The notes beneath the pieces were generated by a model. That model had not been told where the DNA came from. It saw only the letters and a program-made list of their open reading frames with translations, and searched no databases. This document shows, piece after piece, positions 36,891 to 45,176 of a DNA stretch of 64,000 nucleotides. The stretch lies in the NCBI GenBank assembly GCA_022450395.1, contig JAKUQE010000012.1, positions 2,810-66,809 of the forward strand, written 5' to 3'. Position numbers and translations under genes: made by a program. Position 1 is the stretch's first letter. Every line of letters begins with the position of its first letter. The stretch is from Dehalococcoidia bacterium. GTDB taxonomy: Bacteria > Chloroflexota > Dehalococcoidia > Lucifugimonadales > UBA3495.

Positions 36891-36924
36891 CCGTGCCGGG
36901 GGAAGGGGAATTACCCCGGCACGG
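36891..36924. terminator. 11-bp hairpin CCGTGCCGGGG...CCCCGGCACGG between convergent genes
   Basis: Perfect inverted repeat. The loop contains GGGGAATTAC, which recurs at 37301-37310. Confidence 0.5.
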
Positions 36925-36962
36925 GAGAATGTAGTCTTCGTTCGGACCTACGCAAAGATTTC

Positions 36963-37226
36963 TTATACCGTTCCATTGACATGGCCGTTGGTAGCCTCGG
37001 CCAACACGGGTTGGTTTTCCTTGCTCTTTCTCCGGGAGCGCATGGCGTCTACGTAGTCGACGGCTTTGCCGCGAAGACCGTCGGCCTTGTCGCGAAGCTC
37101 GTCGGCTCGGGCCGCCACGATCTGCCGCGACTCTTTACCGGGTTTGGGCGCGAATAATAGACCGGCAACCGCGCCCAAAGCGGCGCCAGCGATAAGACCT
37201 GTGACCAACTTGTTTGTGTTAACCAT
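36963..37226 (-). CDS. YtxH-domain protein
   Basis: N-terminal TM GLIAGAALGAVAGLLFAPKPGKESR followed by a charged helix. Confidence 0.8.
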   Translation of the reverse strand: MVNTNKLVTGLIAGAALGAVAGLLFAPKPGKESRQIVAARADELRDKADGLRGKAVDYVDAMRSRRKSKENQPVLAEATNGHVNGTV

Positions 37227-37295
37227 TGTCGTTCCTCCTGTATCTTGTCCGGTTCGGCTGCTCCAACCTGTAAACCTATTAAATAATACCCAGCG

Positions 37296-37338
37296 TTACC
37301 GGGGAATTACTGTTGAATTACCGGCTTATTACCGGGGA
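37296..37338. promoter_or_regulatory. three phased TTACCGG(GGA) repeats upstream of ytxH
   Basis: TTACCGG starts at 37296, 37318 and 37329 (spacing 22 and 11 nt), 70-110 nt upstream of the ytxH start. Confidence 0.4.
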
Positions 37339-37626
37339 GTGATTCCGGGCGCGGACGTACGAGCCCAGTAATACCATGCGAGATCGATCACCAAAGGAAA
37401 CCAGGGCACTTAAATTCTGGAAAGACGTGGGTATTGTGGGAGTGGAGTCTGGGATTTGAGGAATGCCTCAATAGGCGGCGTTTTAAGACGCACCTCCGGA
37501 CCAACCTGATTTGCCGAAAGGATGGCCTGGATGGCGTGGGACTGGGATGAATCGTCTGAGCGAAAATACACGGATGGCTACATCAGGCTATGTGGCATGA
37601 TCAAGGAACCGGAAAAGATGCTCGCT

Positions 37627-38394
37627 CTACTTGTCCCGGTATCCCCTGGGGGTTGCCATGTGCCCCTGCAGCACGTAGGTCGTGGAGTTTCCGATGACCA
37701 CGGTAGTGACCATGTTGATGTCCTCGGCGATCTCTTCAAGCCCTTCCAGGTCGGTGATAGTTACCTGTTGCCCGGGCCGAAAGGCGTCCTTGACGACACC
37801 GACTGGGGTTTTACCGGAGCGATGCTCCAGAAGTATGCGCCGGGCCTCCATCAGTTGCCATTGGCGGGTCCGGCTGCGGGGGTTGTATAGGGCGACGACG
37901 AAATCTCCCTGGGCTGCCGCCTTCAGCCGCTGTTCGATGGCCGTCCATGGCGTCAGCAGGTCGCTGAGGCTGATGGCGCAGAAGTCCTGCATCAAGGGCG
38001 CGCCCAGCAAGGCGGCGGCAGCCTGCATGGCGGAGATGCCGGGCACCGTTTCCACTTGAGGGTTGATCCCGTCCCAATCCAAACCATTTAGTACCTGGAA
38101 CACCGGGCCGGACATGCCGTAGATGCCGGCGTCACCCGAAGACACCACCGACACCACCCGCCCCGCGTATGCCAACTCGACGGCTTTGGACGCCCGCTCA
38201 ATCTCCTGGCCCAGCTCCATGGAGACGAGTTCCTTGCCAGCTAGCAAGTCTCCGGCCTGTTCGATATACGCACGGAATCCGACAACCACGTCCGATTCTT
38301 GCAGGGCCGACATGGCCGCACCCGTCAAGTATTCAGCCTCGCCGGGTCCTAGCCCAACAAGATACAGCTTGCCTTGTTTGTTGTCGTTAGCCAC
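37627..38394 (-). CDS. cbiH: cobalt-factor III / precorrin-3B C17-methyltransferase
   Basis: KLYLVGLGPGEAEYLTGAAMSALQESDVVVGF. GTG start. Confidence 0.9.
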   Translation of the reverse strand: MANDNKQGKLYLVGLGPGEAEYLTGAAMSALQESDVVVGFRAYIEQAGDLLAGKELVSMELGQEIERASKAVELAYAGRVVSVVSSGDAGIYGMSGPVFQVLNGLDWDGINPQVETVPGISAMQAAAALLGAPLMQDFCAISLSDLLTPWTAIEQRLKAAAQGDFVVALYNPRSRTRQWQLMEARRILLEHRSGKTPVGVVKDAFRPGQQVTITDLEGLEEIAEDINMVTTVVIGNSTTYVLQGHMATPRGYRDK

Positions 38395-38396
38395 AG

Positions 38397-38807
38397 AGCC
38401 ACAGAGACACGGAGGGTTTATAGAATGAGACGTTTGAAGCCATTTGTTAGCAACCTTGAGTTAAAGTTCATTAACAGACCAACTTTCTTGCCGGTGATCC
38501 TTAGGTAGGTTAACACTTGGGCCTCGAAGAGGGGATCCCGACGCTCAACATTTTTAATTTCCACCACCACCGCATCTTCCACGACGAGGTCAATCCGGTA
38601 ATCACCAATCTGTTCCCCTTTCTAGGTGAGTGGTATCGGCACCTGTCGTTGATAATGTAGCCCTTGGAGACCCAACTCGACACATAGGGCTGCCTCGTAG
38701 GCGCTCTCGAGAAGACCTGGCCCCAAATGCCGATGTACTTCTATCCCGCACCCTATGATCTTTTCCGTGATTTTATTTAACTCTGTGATCTCTGCGTCTC
38801 TGTGGCT
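38397..38807. repeat. 12-nt perfect inverted repeats AGCCACAGAGAC (38397-38408) / GTCTCTGTGGCT (38796-38807) bracketing the GxxExxY relic
   Basis: Read directly on both flanks. The right copy encodes the last residues of CbiG. Confidence 0.7.
38418..38795 (-). pseudogene. GxxExxY-family (PD-(D/E)XK-like) protein relic with in-frame TAG (38632-38634) and no evident start codon
   Basis: Minus-strand text HRDAEITELNKITEKIIGCGIEVHRHLGPGLLESAYEAALCVELGLQGLHYQRQVPIPLT*KGEQIGDYRIDLVVEDAVVVEIKNVE..LLMNFN. The TAG sits where the family has Tyr (YKG). Confidence 0.75.
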
Positions 38808-39943
38808 AATTCGGTTTGATCGCCCCGAAACACCATGCGGGCCACGGCGACGGTTGCGCGGTCGGTTTTGGTTTTGGTGACTAATAGTTCAGTCGCGGCG
38901 GAAGCTAACAGGGCGGCGGGTTCGCATACGCCCCAGATTCCCAACAATCTATGGGGTTCTGGAGAGGGTGTTAGACCCATTTCAGAGCCTTCAGGAGGGA
39001 ACATGGAGTTCAGATCTGATTCGCCGTAGCAGTGGACCGGCACTTGGAGCTTGTCCGCCATCTGTCCGATTCCCTCTTCGTCGCGCTTTAACTCGGCGGT
39101 GGCGATGCAGTTGATGCTGGCCTTAGCCAGGTTGTTATCGCGGAATGTAGTGTCGATCAGGTGCTCTAGATGTTCCATGGGGACGCCACGGCGGCACCCC
39201 AAGCCGACTGCCAGGCTACGAGGCCGATATAACACGACGAATTTGCCGGGCAAGGCATCCGAATAGGTCTTTTCGCTTGGAGCATCCTGGGCAGTCCGAT
39301 CGGTGATTATCAACGCGGCGGCACATGCGGAATCAGCCAGGGCTTTAAAGGATGGGTAGACCTTGACGTTGTCCGGTAGCGGCTGGCCGGAAGGCCACCA
39401 GCCGGTCTCCCCGGCCTCCTGGTATATGCCCACCGGCTCTCCGTTTATGGAGGCGGCGCTGGCTCGTGTGACGGTCTGGGGGTCCGCTTCTACCTGCCAA
39501 CCGAATTCCTGACCAAGTAAGTCCACGGCCAGGCGTCCGGTCACGTGGGATGCCGAGGTCACGACAGGAGAAGCGTCCAGGATGGAGGCCACTTCTGTAG
39601 CCAGCCTGTCAGCCCCGCCCAGGTGTCCCGAAAGCAGGCTGACGGCGAACCGTCCGGCGTCGTCGACGCAAACAACGGCAGGGTCACGGTGCTTGTGCTC
39701 CAGGCATGGAGCCAGCAGCCTGACCGCTGCCCCCACGGGCATGAAGAGCACCAATCGCTGGCACTCTTGGAAAACACTTTGAACCAGAGGGCGGGCCGGC
39801 AGGTCGAAAGCTACTGCGTTATCTTCCCCAACCAAAAAGCGCCGGTCCAGATAAAGGGTTGAGCCGCCGTCTAATTCGGTGGCAAGCTTACGGGCCAGCA
39901 CTGCGCCGTTACGGGAAATAGCGACGATGGCGGTATCGGTCAT
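38777..39943 (-). CDS. cbiG: cobalt-precorrin-5A hydrolase
   Basis: MTDTAIVAISRNGAVLARKLA.. start at 39943. Position between cbiF and cbiH. The track ORF start 40117 overlaps cbiF. Confidence 0.85.
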   Translation of the reverse strand: MTDTAIVAISRNGAVLARKLATELDGGSTLYLDRRFLVGEDNAVAFDLPARPLVQSVFQECQRLVLFMPVGAAVRLLAPCLEHKHRDPAVVCVDDAGRFAVSLLSGHLGGADRLATEVASILDASPVVTSASHVTGRLAVDLLGQEFGWQVEADPQTVTRASAASINGEPVGIYQEAGETGWWPSGQPLPDNVKVYPSFKALADSACAAALIITDRTAQDAPSEKTYSDALPGKFVVLYRPRSLAVGLGCRRGVPMEHLEHLIDTTFRDNNLAKASINCIATAELKRDEEGIGQMADKLQVPVHCYGESDLNSMFPPEGSEMGLTPSPEPHRLLGIWGVCEPAALLASAATELLVTKTKTDRATVAVARMVFRGDQTELATETQRSQS

Positions 39944-39953
39944 GGCCTGGTGT

Positions 39954-40805
39954 TCACTGCCCGCCGTCGACGCTGGAGCCCTCCTCCACATCGGAAGACT
40001 CCCCCTCGGCCCGGCGGTAGAGGTGGGTGTAGTCGCTGGCATAGAGGTGGGACGACGACACGCCGTTGGCCGTGGTGGGCACGTGATGAAGCAGGGCCGG
40101 GTCCATCGCCTCGCCAACCATGATTAGAGCCTGCAAGGTGATCTTGGCATCCCTGACTTTGGCGGCAATGTCGCTCAGGGTGCCTCGAATAATCTTTTCG
40201 TCCGGCCAGCCCACCCGGTAGACAACTGCTACCGGAGTGGATTCGGTGTAACCCGCTTCTAACAATTGGCGCACCACGGTGAACATCCGCGTGATACTTA
40301 AAAATATGACCAGCGTGGAACCGTGAGCTGCCAGGTCTTTCAGTTGTTCTCCGGGTGGCATGGAGACACGGCCTTGTGCCCGGGTCATGATCACTGTCTG
40401 GGACCCGCCGGGGATGGTCAATTCAACTTTCAGCCGGGCGGCCGCCGCGAAGGCCGCGCTTACCCCCGGTATGATTTCGTAATCTACCTGGGCCTCTTCC
40501 AAGATGCGCATCTGTTCCAGGACGGCCCCGTAGATAGAAGGGTCGCCGCTCTGGATGCGAGCCACCGTCTTCCCTTGGCGAACTGACTCCAATGTCAGCT
40601 CCATGATTTCGCTCAGGTTCAGAGTCTTGCTGCCATGGACCTCGGCGCCGGGCTTGGCGAAATCCACGATGGAAGGATGGACCAGGGAGTCGGCGTATAT
40701 GATTACATCGGCGGACTCGATCACAGATTTGGCTTTCAACGTCAACAACTCCGGGTCGCCGGGGCCGCCGCCAACTATATATACCTTGCCTTGGCTTTGA
40801 GCCAT
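39954..40805 (-). CDS. cbiF: cobalt-precorrin-4 C11-methyltransferase
   Basis: KVYIVGGGPGDPELLTLKAKSVIESADVIIYADSLV. Confidence 0.9.
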   Translation of the reverse strand: MAQSQGKVYIVGGGPGDPELLTLKAKSVIESADVIIYADSLVHPSIVDFAKPGAEVHGSKTLNLSEIMELTLESVRQGKTVARIQSGDPSIYGAVLEQMRILEEAQVDYEIIPGVSAAFAAAARLKVELTIPGGSQTVIMTRAQGRVSMPPGEQLKDLAAHGSTLVIFLSITRMFTVVRQLLEAGYTESTPVAVVYRVGWPDEKIIRGTLSDIAAKVRDAKITLQALIMVGEAMDPALLHHVPTTANGVSSSHLYASDYTHLYRRAEGESSDVEEGSSVDGGQ

Positions 40806-40809
40806 TCTT

Positions 40810-41535
40810 TTACCTCTTGATTATCAGAAGGGAGAAATAGTCCAGGTCTTCCTCGGAGAGCGTGCTAAGGTCCCTGACCACCTCTTCCCGGGCGGTGCTG
40901 GCACGGCGTACGTATATGCCCTTTCCGGCCAAGCCCAGTTGCTCCAGATTGGCCAGCGCTTGTAGCAGGGTGCGATTCACCTTCATGAGGACGATGGTGT
41001 CGTAGTTGGCGATGGCTTCGGATAGGTCGTCGATGCCATAGACCGCCGGCAGGATCACCAATCTCTGGCCGTGGGTGACCAGGGGAACTCCGGCGCTGGC
41101 TGCCGCCGCCATGACGGAGGACACGCCGGGAATGATCTCCACGGTAACCTCAGGGTATCCCGACGTGATGCTGTCTAACACGTAAGAAAAGGTGCTGTAC
41201 AGCATGGGGTCGCCTTCGGTGATAAACGCAACGTCCTTTCCCTGTGTGAGGTGGCCACCGATGGTGTCGGCGGCGTTCCGCCAGACCGCCGCGGCTCCCG
41301 CTTCGTCGTCGATGGGGAACGGAATCCGGATGATTTCCTGTTTTTGCTCGTCCAGGTATTCCCGCACGATGTCCAAAGCATAGCTTTCCTGGCTGGTCTC
41401 CGAGCGAGGTGTACATATTACCGGCACGTCTTGGAGAATCCGTAGGGCTTTCAACGTGAGCAACTCCGGGTCGCCGGGACCCACTCCCACTCCGTAGAAG
41501 CACCCTAAGTTGGTGCTATTTCCCGTGGTGCTCAT
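40810..41535 (-). CDS. cbiL: cobalt-factor II / precorrin-2 C20-methyltransferase
   Basis: FYGVGVGPGDPELLTLKALRILQDVPVICTP. Confidence 0.9.
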   Translation of the reverse strand: MSTTGNSTNLGCFYGVGVGPGDPELLTLKALRILQDVPVICTPRSETSQESYALDIVREYLDEQKQEIIRIPFPIDDEAGAAAVWRNAADTIGGHLTQGKDVAFITEGDPMLYSTFSYVLDSITSGYPEVTVEIIPGVSSVMAAAASAGVPLVTHGQRLVILPAVYGIDDLSEAIANYDTIVLMKVNRTLLQALANLEQLGLAGKGIYVRRASTAREEVVRDLSTLSEEDLDYFSLLIIKR

Positions 41536-41539
41536 CGGG

Positions 41540-42172
41540 CTATCCTTCTCGCAGGGCGGTCACCACGAAGACCGGGTTAAGGGCCTCCAAACGGACCGTC
41601 CCGTCGGGCATATCTTTTCCTCTGGACGAGTTCACCATAACCATGTCGGCAACAAAACCCGACGACTTGAAGCGATGGTACACTTCATTGGTGCGCTCCA
41701 AAGCAGCCAGGTTAACTACGATGCGGCCGCCTGCTCGCAGCCGCTTTATTGCCACGTCTAATATCTCCGCCAGGCGTCCGCCGCTGCCTCCCACGAACAC
41801 CGCGTCTGGGTCAGGTAATTCCACCAATGCGTCCGGCGCTGCTCCGGAGACAATATGAACGTTCTTTGAACCCCACCGCTCCACGTTACGCCGGAGCAGC
41901 GGCAAGCTCTCTTCGTCACGCTCCACGGCGTAGACAGTGCCTTCCCGGGCGATTATAGACGCTTCGACAGAGATGGACCCGGTGCCTGCTCCGATGTCCC
42001 AAACCACGCTGCCGGGCCGGAGACCCAGGGAATAGAGGCTGACCGCGCGCACTTCCCGCTTGGTGATCTGCCCCTGCAGCGGGCGCCGTTGCTCGAAAGC
42101 ATCGTCGGGGAGGCCCAAGGCCCGTTGCGAGGCCGCCTGCAATTTCTCAACCATTGGTTTAACTTCCCGCAA
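41540..42172 (-). CDS. cbiT: cobalt-precorrin-6B C15-methyltransferase (decarboxylating)
   Basis: ITKREVRAVSLYSLGLRPGSVVWDIGAGTGSISVEA. Confidence 0.85.
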   Translation of the reverse strand: MREVKPMVEKLQAASQRALGLPDDAFEQRRPLQGQITKREVRAVSLYSLGLRPGSVVWDIGAGTGSISVEASIIAREGTVYAVERDEESLPLLRRNVERWGSKNVHIVSGAAPDALVELPDPDAVFVGGSGGRLAEILDVAIKRLRAGGRIVVNLAALERTNEVYHRFKSSGFVADMVMVNSSRGKDMPDGTVRLEALNPVFVVTALREG

Positions 42173-43358
42173 CGGCGGTCAGTGGGATGCCCCCGGGCGA
42201 CGTGGAGGCCTGGCCCAAGAGGGCGCCGTCAAAATCGAAGCACAGGCTATCGACGATCAGCTTGCCGGCGTCGTCGCCAAGTAGCTTATGGCTTTCTTCG
42301 CAGACCATCTCGCACATCAATGTAAACACCGATCCCAGACCGTTGGCCAGCGCCACTTCCTGAAAGTGGCGGGCGCTGGCGGCCTGGCGTATTTCCTCTT
42401 GCACCGCATCGGTCGCGCCGCATTGGGCGGCTAGGGAAGCCAAGAAGGTAGTGTCGACCCGGTTCCCGGCCACGTGGGTCACGAAATATCCCATGGCCAT
42501 TTTAGAAAGCTTGCCGACCATGCCGGCGTGGGTAGCCCGTTGGACATTGCGCATCACACATCTTTTCAATGACGGTCCGCTGAAGATGCCCGCCTCGATG
42601 TAGGCCATGTCCGGCAGGTCCAAAACCTTTTTGGTGAAGATCTCGCTCTGGGTGCCGGTGGAAAGCACCAAGTGGGACAAGTCGTTGGTTGCCGCTACGT
42701 CTATGGCCATGTTTGCGCTGGCCCGCCATGCCGCAGTGGAAAAGGGCTGGACCACGCCGGTGCTGCCCAGAATGGATATCCCTCCCAGGATACCCAGGCG
42801 CGAGTTGGTGGTCTTTTCCGCGATCGCTTCGCCGTTGGGAACGGAGATCTCCACGACTAATCCGGTTTCAGATGGAAGGCCGTGAGCAGTGGCCGCTTCG
42901 TTCACAGAGTCGATTATCATGCGCCGGGGTACCCGGGTGACGGCCGGTTCGCCTACCTCGATCCCGACACCGGGGCGGGTCACTGTTCCCACGCCGATAC
43001 CCCCGGTGATCCGTACTTTATCGGCGAAGTTTGGGTCCCGGTAGACCGTGGCGCATATCTCCGCTCCGTGGGTGACATCCGGATCGTCGCCGCCGTCCTT
43101 GATGACCGAGCAGGTCACTCTGCTTCCATCATCCGAGGTCTGGCATCGGTGGATCTCGAAGGTGACCGCTCTTCCTACCGGCAACTGAATCGTTGATTGG
43201 CCAACCGATTCCCCCGTGAGCAAGGATCGGGTGGCGGCCTTGGCCGCGGCTGCCGCGCATGACCCGGTGGTATACCCGGTGCGCAGGCCCCCTCGCTTAA
43301 CCGTTTGCCTGCTGTAGTCGCTTTCCGGCCTTTGGTCCGGATTCGGTTTGTCAACCAT
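42159..43358 (-). CDS. cbiD: cobalt-precorrin-5B C1-methyltransferase
   Basis: GLRTGYTTGSCAAAAAKAA N-terminal signature. Confidence 0.9.
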   Translation of the reverse strand: MVDKPNPDQRPESDYSRQTVKRGGLRTGYTTGSCAAAAAKAATRSLLTGESVGQSTIQLPVGRAVTFEIHRCQTSDDGSRVTCSVIKDGGDDPDVTHGAEICATVYRDPNFADKVRITGGIGVGTVTRPGVGIEVGEPAVTRVPRRMIIDSVNEAATAHGLPSETGLVVEISVPNGEAIAEKTTNSRLGILGGISILGSTGVVQPFSTAAWRASANMAIDVAATNDLSHLVLSTGTQSEIFTKKVLDLPDMAYIEAGIFSGPSLKRCVMRNVQRATHAGMVGKLSKMAMGYFVTHVAGNRVDTTFLASLAAQCGATDAVQEEIRQAASARHFQEVALANGLGSVFTLMCEMVCEESHKLLGDDAGKLIVDSLCFDFDGALLGQASTSPGGIPLTAVAGS

Positions 43359-43391
43359 CGTGTCTTATCCGGTCACATGCTGGCGAGAGCA

Positions 43392-44315
43392 CTAGCTCTC
43401 CACTCGGTCCCATACTTGGCGTATCCGGTCAGCGGCCACCGCCACCATCCGGTCGTCAACGCCCAGGGGTGGCGTTACCGACAGAGATACGGTTGGGTGA
43501 CTTTGAGCTATCCGGTCCATGCCCCCCAGAATGTTTCTCTTGAGGATCAGTCCGGGGAAGAACAGATAGGGCACGACCACGATACGCGCGACTCCCCGCT
43601 CTTCCACCAATCTTGTGGCGGCATCGTCCACCGTTGGGTCACCGTAGTGGGACTGGGCCACCGCAACAGCATAGCCCAAACCAAGACGATTCTCTACCAT
43701 GCGCCCCAAATCCTGGAACCATAGGCAATCGTCGTACTGGTTCTTGGTGCCTGCCTTGACCACAAGCACCCCGGTAGGCCCTCGTTCCTCATTCGTAGGA
43801 GATTCTGTTTCGTTGGACAGGCCCAGACTTTGTACACGCTCCACTATGATCTCCGCCATACGGGGATCAGGGCCCAACGATTCGGCCAGGTATAATCCCA
43901 ACGAAGGCAGTTTCGCGCGTACCTCGTCCAGGATCTCGTCCATCTCCAAAGTGACGTGCTTTCCCTGACCCAGCAGGTACGGGATGACCACCACCCGTTC
44001 CAGTCCCTGGTCCGCCATATTGCGGATGGACTGGTCTGGATGGGGTTCAATGAACTCCAAACAAGAAAGCTCCACCTCGGCCCGTTGGCCGCCCAATGAG
44101 GATTGGAGGCGGTCTGCCGCATCCCTTAATCCCAATGGTGTGCTGGGACAATCCAGGCACCATGGGGGCCGTTCGTGTCCGGTCCCTTGCCAGGAACAGG
44201 AGCACTCATCGGGGCTAGCGCCGCGCTGGCTGCCGTGGGCCACGAATACAACACCCCACCGGCCGCCGCCGTTTCCATCATCGCTACCGGCAGACATCTC
44301 TGGCCGTCCGGTCAT
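43392..44315 (-). CDS. cbiX: sirohydrochlorin cobaltochelatase, two-domain CbiX type
   Basis: Two CbiX-like halves (VVFVAHGSQRG, VVIPYLLGQGKHV; VLVVKAGTK.., VVVPYLFFPG). Cys-rich insert CSCSWQG..WCLDC after the first HGS. Confidence 0.8.
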   Translation of the reverse strand: MTGRPEMSAGSDDGNGGGRWGVVFVAHGSQRGASPDECSCSWQGTGHERPPWCLDCPSTPLGLRDAADRLQSSLGGQRAEVELSCLEFIEPHPDQSIRNMADQGLERVVVIPYLLGQGKHVTLEMDEILDEVRAKLPSLGLYLAESLGPDPRMAEIIVERVQSLGLSNETESPTNEERGPTGVLVVKAGTKNQYDDCLWFQDLGRMVENRLGLGYAVAVAQSHYGDPTVDDAATRLVEERGVARIVVVPYLFFPGLILKRNILGGMDRIAQSHPTVSLSVTPPLGVDDRMVAVAADRIRQVWDRVES

Positions 44316-44962
44316 GTCGACGCCTTCTGATCTATCAGCGACAGCAGGGCGTTGACGGTGGCCGCGGCTGCCGAGCTGCCGCCGCGCCTTCCGTGCACGG
44401 TGATATAGGGGATGGGACCGGCGGCCAGTTCTTCTTTCGACTCGGCGCAGGCCACGAATCCCACAGGCATACCGATGATGAGTCTTGGCAAGGCTTTCCC
44501 TTCTTGAACCAAGTCCAGCAATGCTAGCAATGCGGTGGGGGCATTACCCACGGCCACAACTGATCCGTTCAGATACGGAGCTAATTCCCGAATGGCCGCC
44601 ACCGAACGGGTGGTTCCCTCGCTTTGGGCGCGGGCCGCGACTTCCGGGGTGTCTATGCGGCATTGGGTGGCGACTTGATGGCTCTTGAGCAAGGCTTTGG
44701 ATATTCCCATCTCCACCATCCGCACATCGGTAACGACCACTGCCCCGTCCCGAAGAGCGCCGATACCCAGGTCCACCGCTCCTGGGCTGAAGGACACGTC
44801 CAATGCTATCTGAGGGTCCCCTTCGGCCCGGACGATTCGGCTAACCACGTAGCGCTCGTTGCCGCTTAACGAGAGAGAACCGGGCAGGGAAGCCTCCACC
44901 ATTTTCAGGCTTTCCCGGTCGATCTCGTCCGGCAGCAAAGCGTATTTTTCAACCAGTGACAT
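44312..44962 (-). CDS. cbiC: cobalt-precorrin-8 methylmutase
   Basis: VVAVGNAPTALLALLDL, HGRRGGSSAAAATVNALL. Confidence 0.9.
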   Translation of the reverse strand: MSLVEKYALLPDEIDRESLKMVEASLPGSLSLSGNERYVVSRIVRAEGDPQIALDVSFSPGAVDLGIGALRDGAVVVTDVRMVEMGISKALLKSHQVATQCRIDTPEVAARAQSEGTTRSVAAIRELAPYLNGSVVAVGNAPTALLALLDLVQEGKALPRLIIGMPVGFVACAESKEELAAGPIPYITVHGRRGGSSAAAATVNALLSLIDQKAST

Positions 44963-45044
44963 ATCGGCTACTTTTGGGCCAGCCGGAGACGGCTGTCACT
45001 TCTTCCGGATGAATTTGCCGCTGCGACCGGCACCCCCATCCTAA

Positions 45045-45098
45045 CCTCCCCCCGTCGAGGGGGAAGGGATTTGTCCTCTCCCCATTTACTGGGGAGAG
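45045..45098. repeat. two adjacent G/C hairpins (CCTCCCCCC-gtcga-GGGGGAAGG; CTCTCCCCA-tttac-TGGGGAGAG) after hemA
   Basis: Same style as the 3056 and 9097 hairpins, in opposite orientation (AAATCCCTTCCCCC..GGGGGG on the minus strand). Confidence 0.5.
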
Positions 45099-45176
45099 TT
45101 AGAGAGGGGGTGCGTTGATATCTACCAGTTTCAAATTGAAACAATACTCGTCCACTCCGGAGTTCCCCTGTAGACC

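Noticed and set aside
38632-38634. TAG codons (38632 and 53879) as pyrrolysine or suppressed amber; TAA 5494 as programmed read-through
   Set aside because: The window has no pyl genes. The affected genes are accessory or selfish types with other signs of decay, such as a missing start codon. The GxxExxY TAG is one base from the expected Tyr codon. Ordinary nonsense mutation is the simpler reading.
44963-45176. Cobalamin riboswitch upstream of cbiC
   Set aside because: The position is right for one. I could not find the conserved core or B12-box-like strings on the minus strand. The region is largely explained by two terminator-type hairpins after hemA and one 6-bp hairpin (CAGCCG/CGGCTG). 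An Infernal scan with the cobalamin riboswitch model would settle this.
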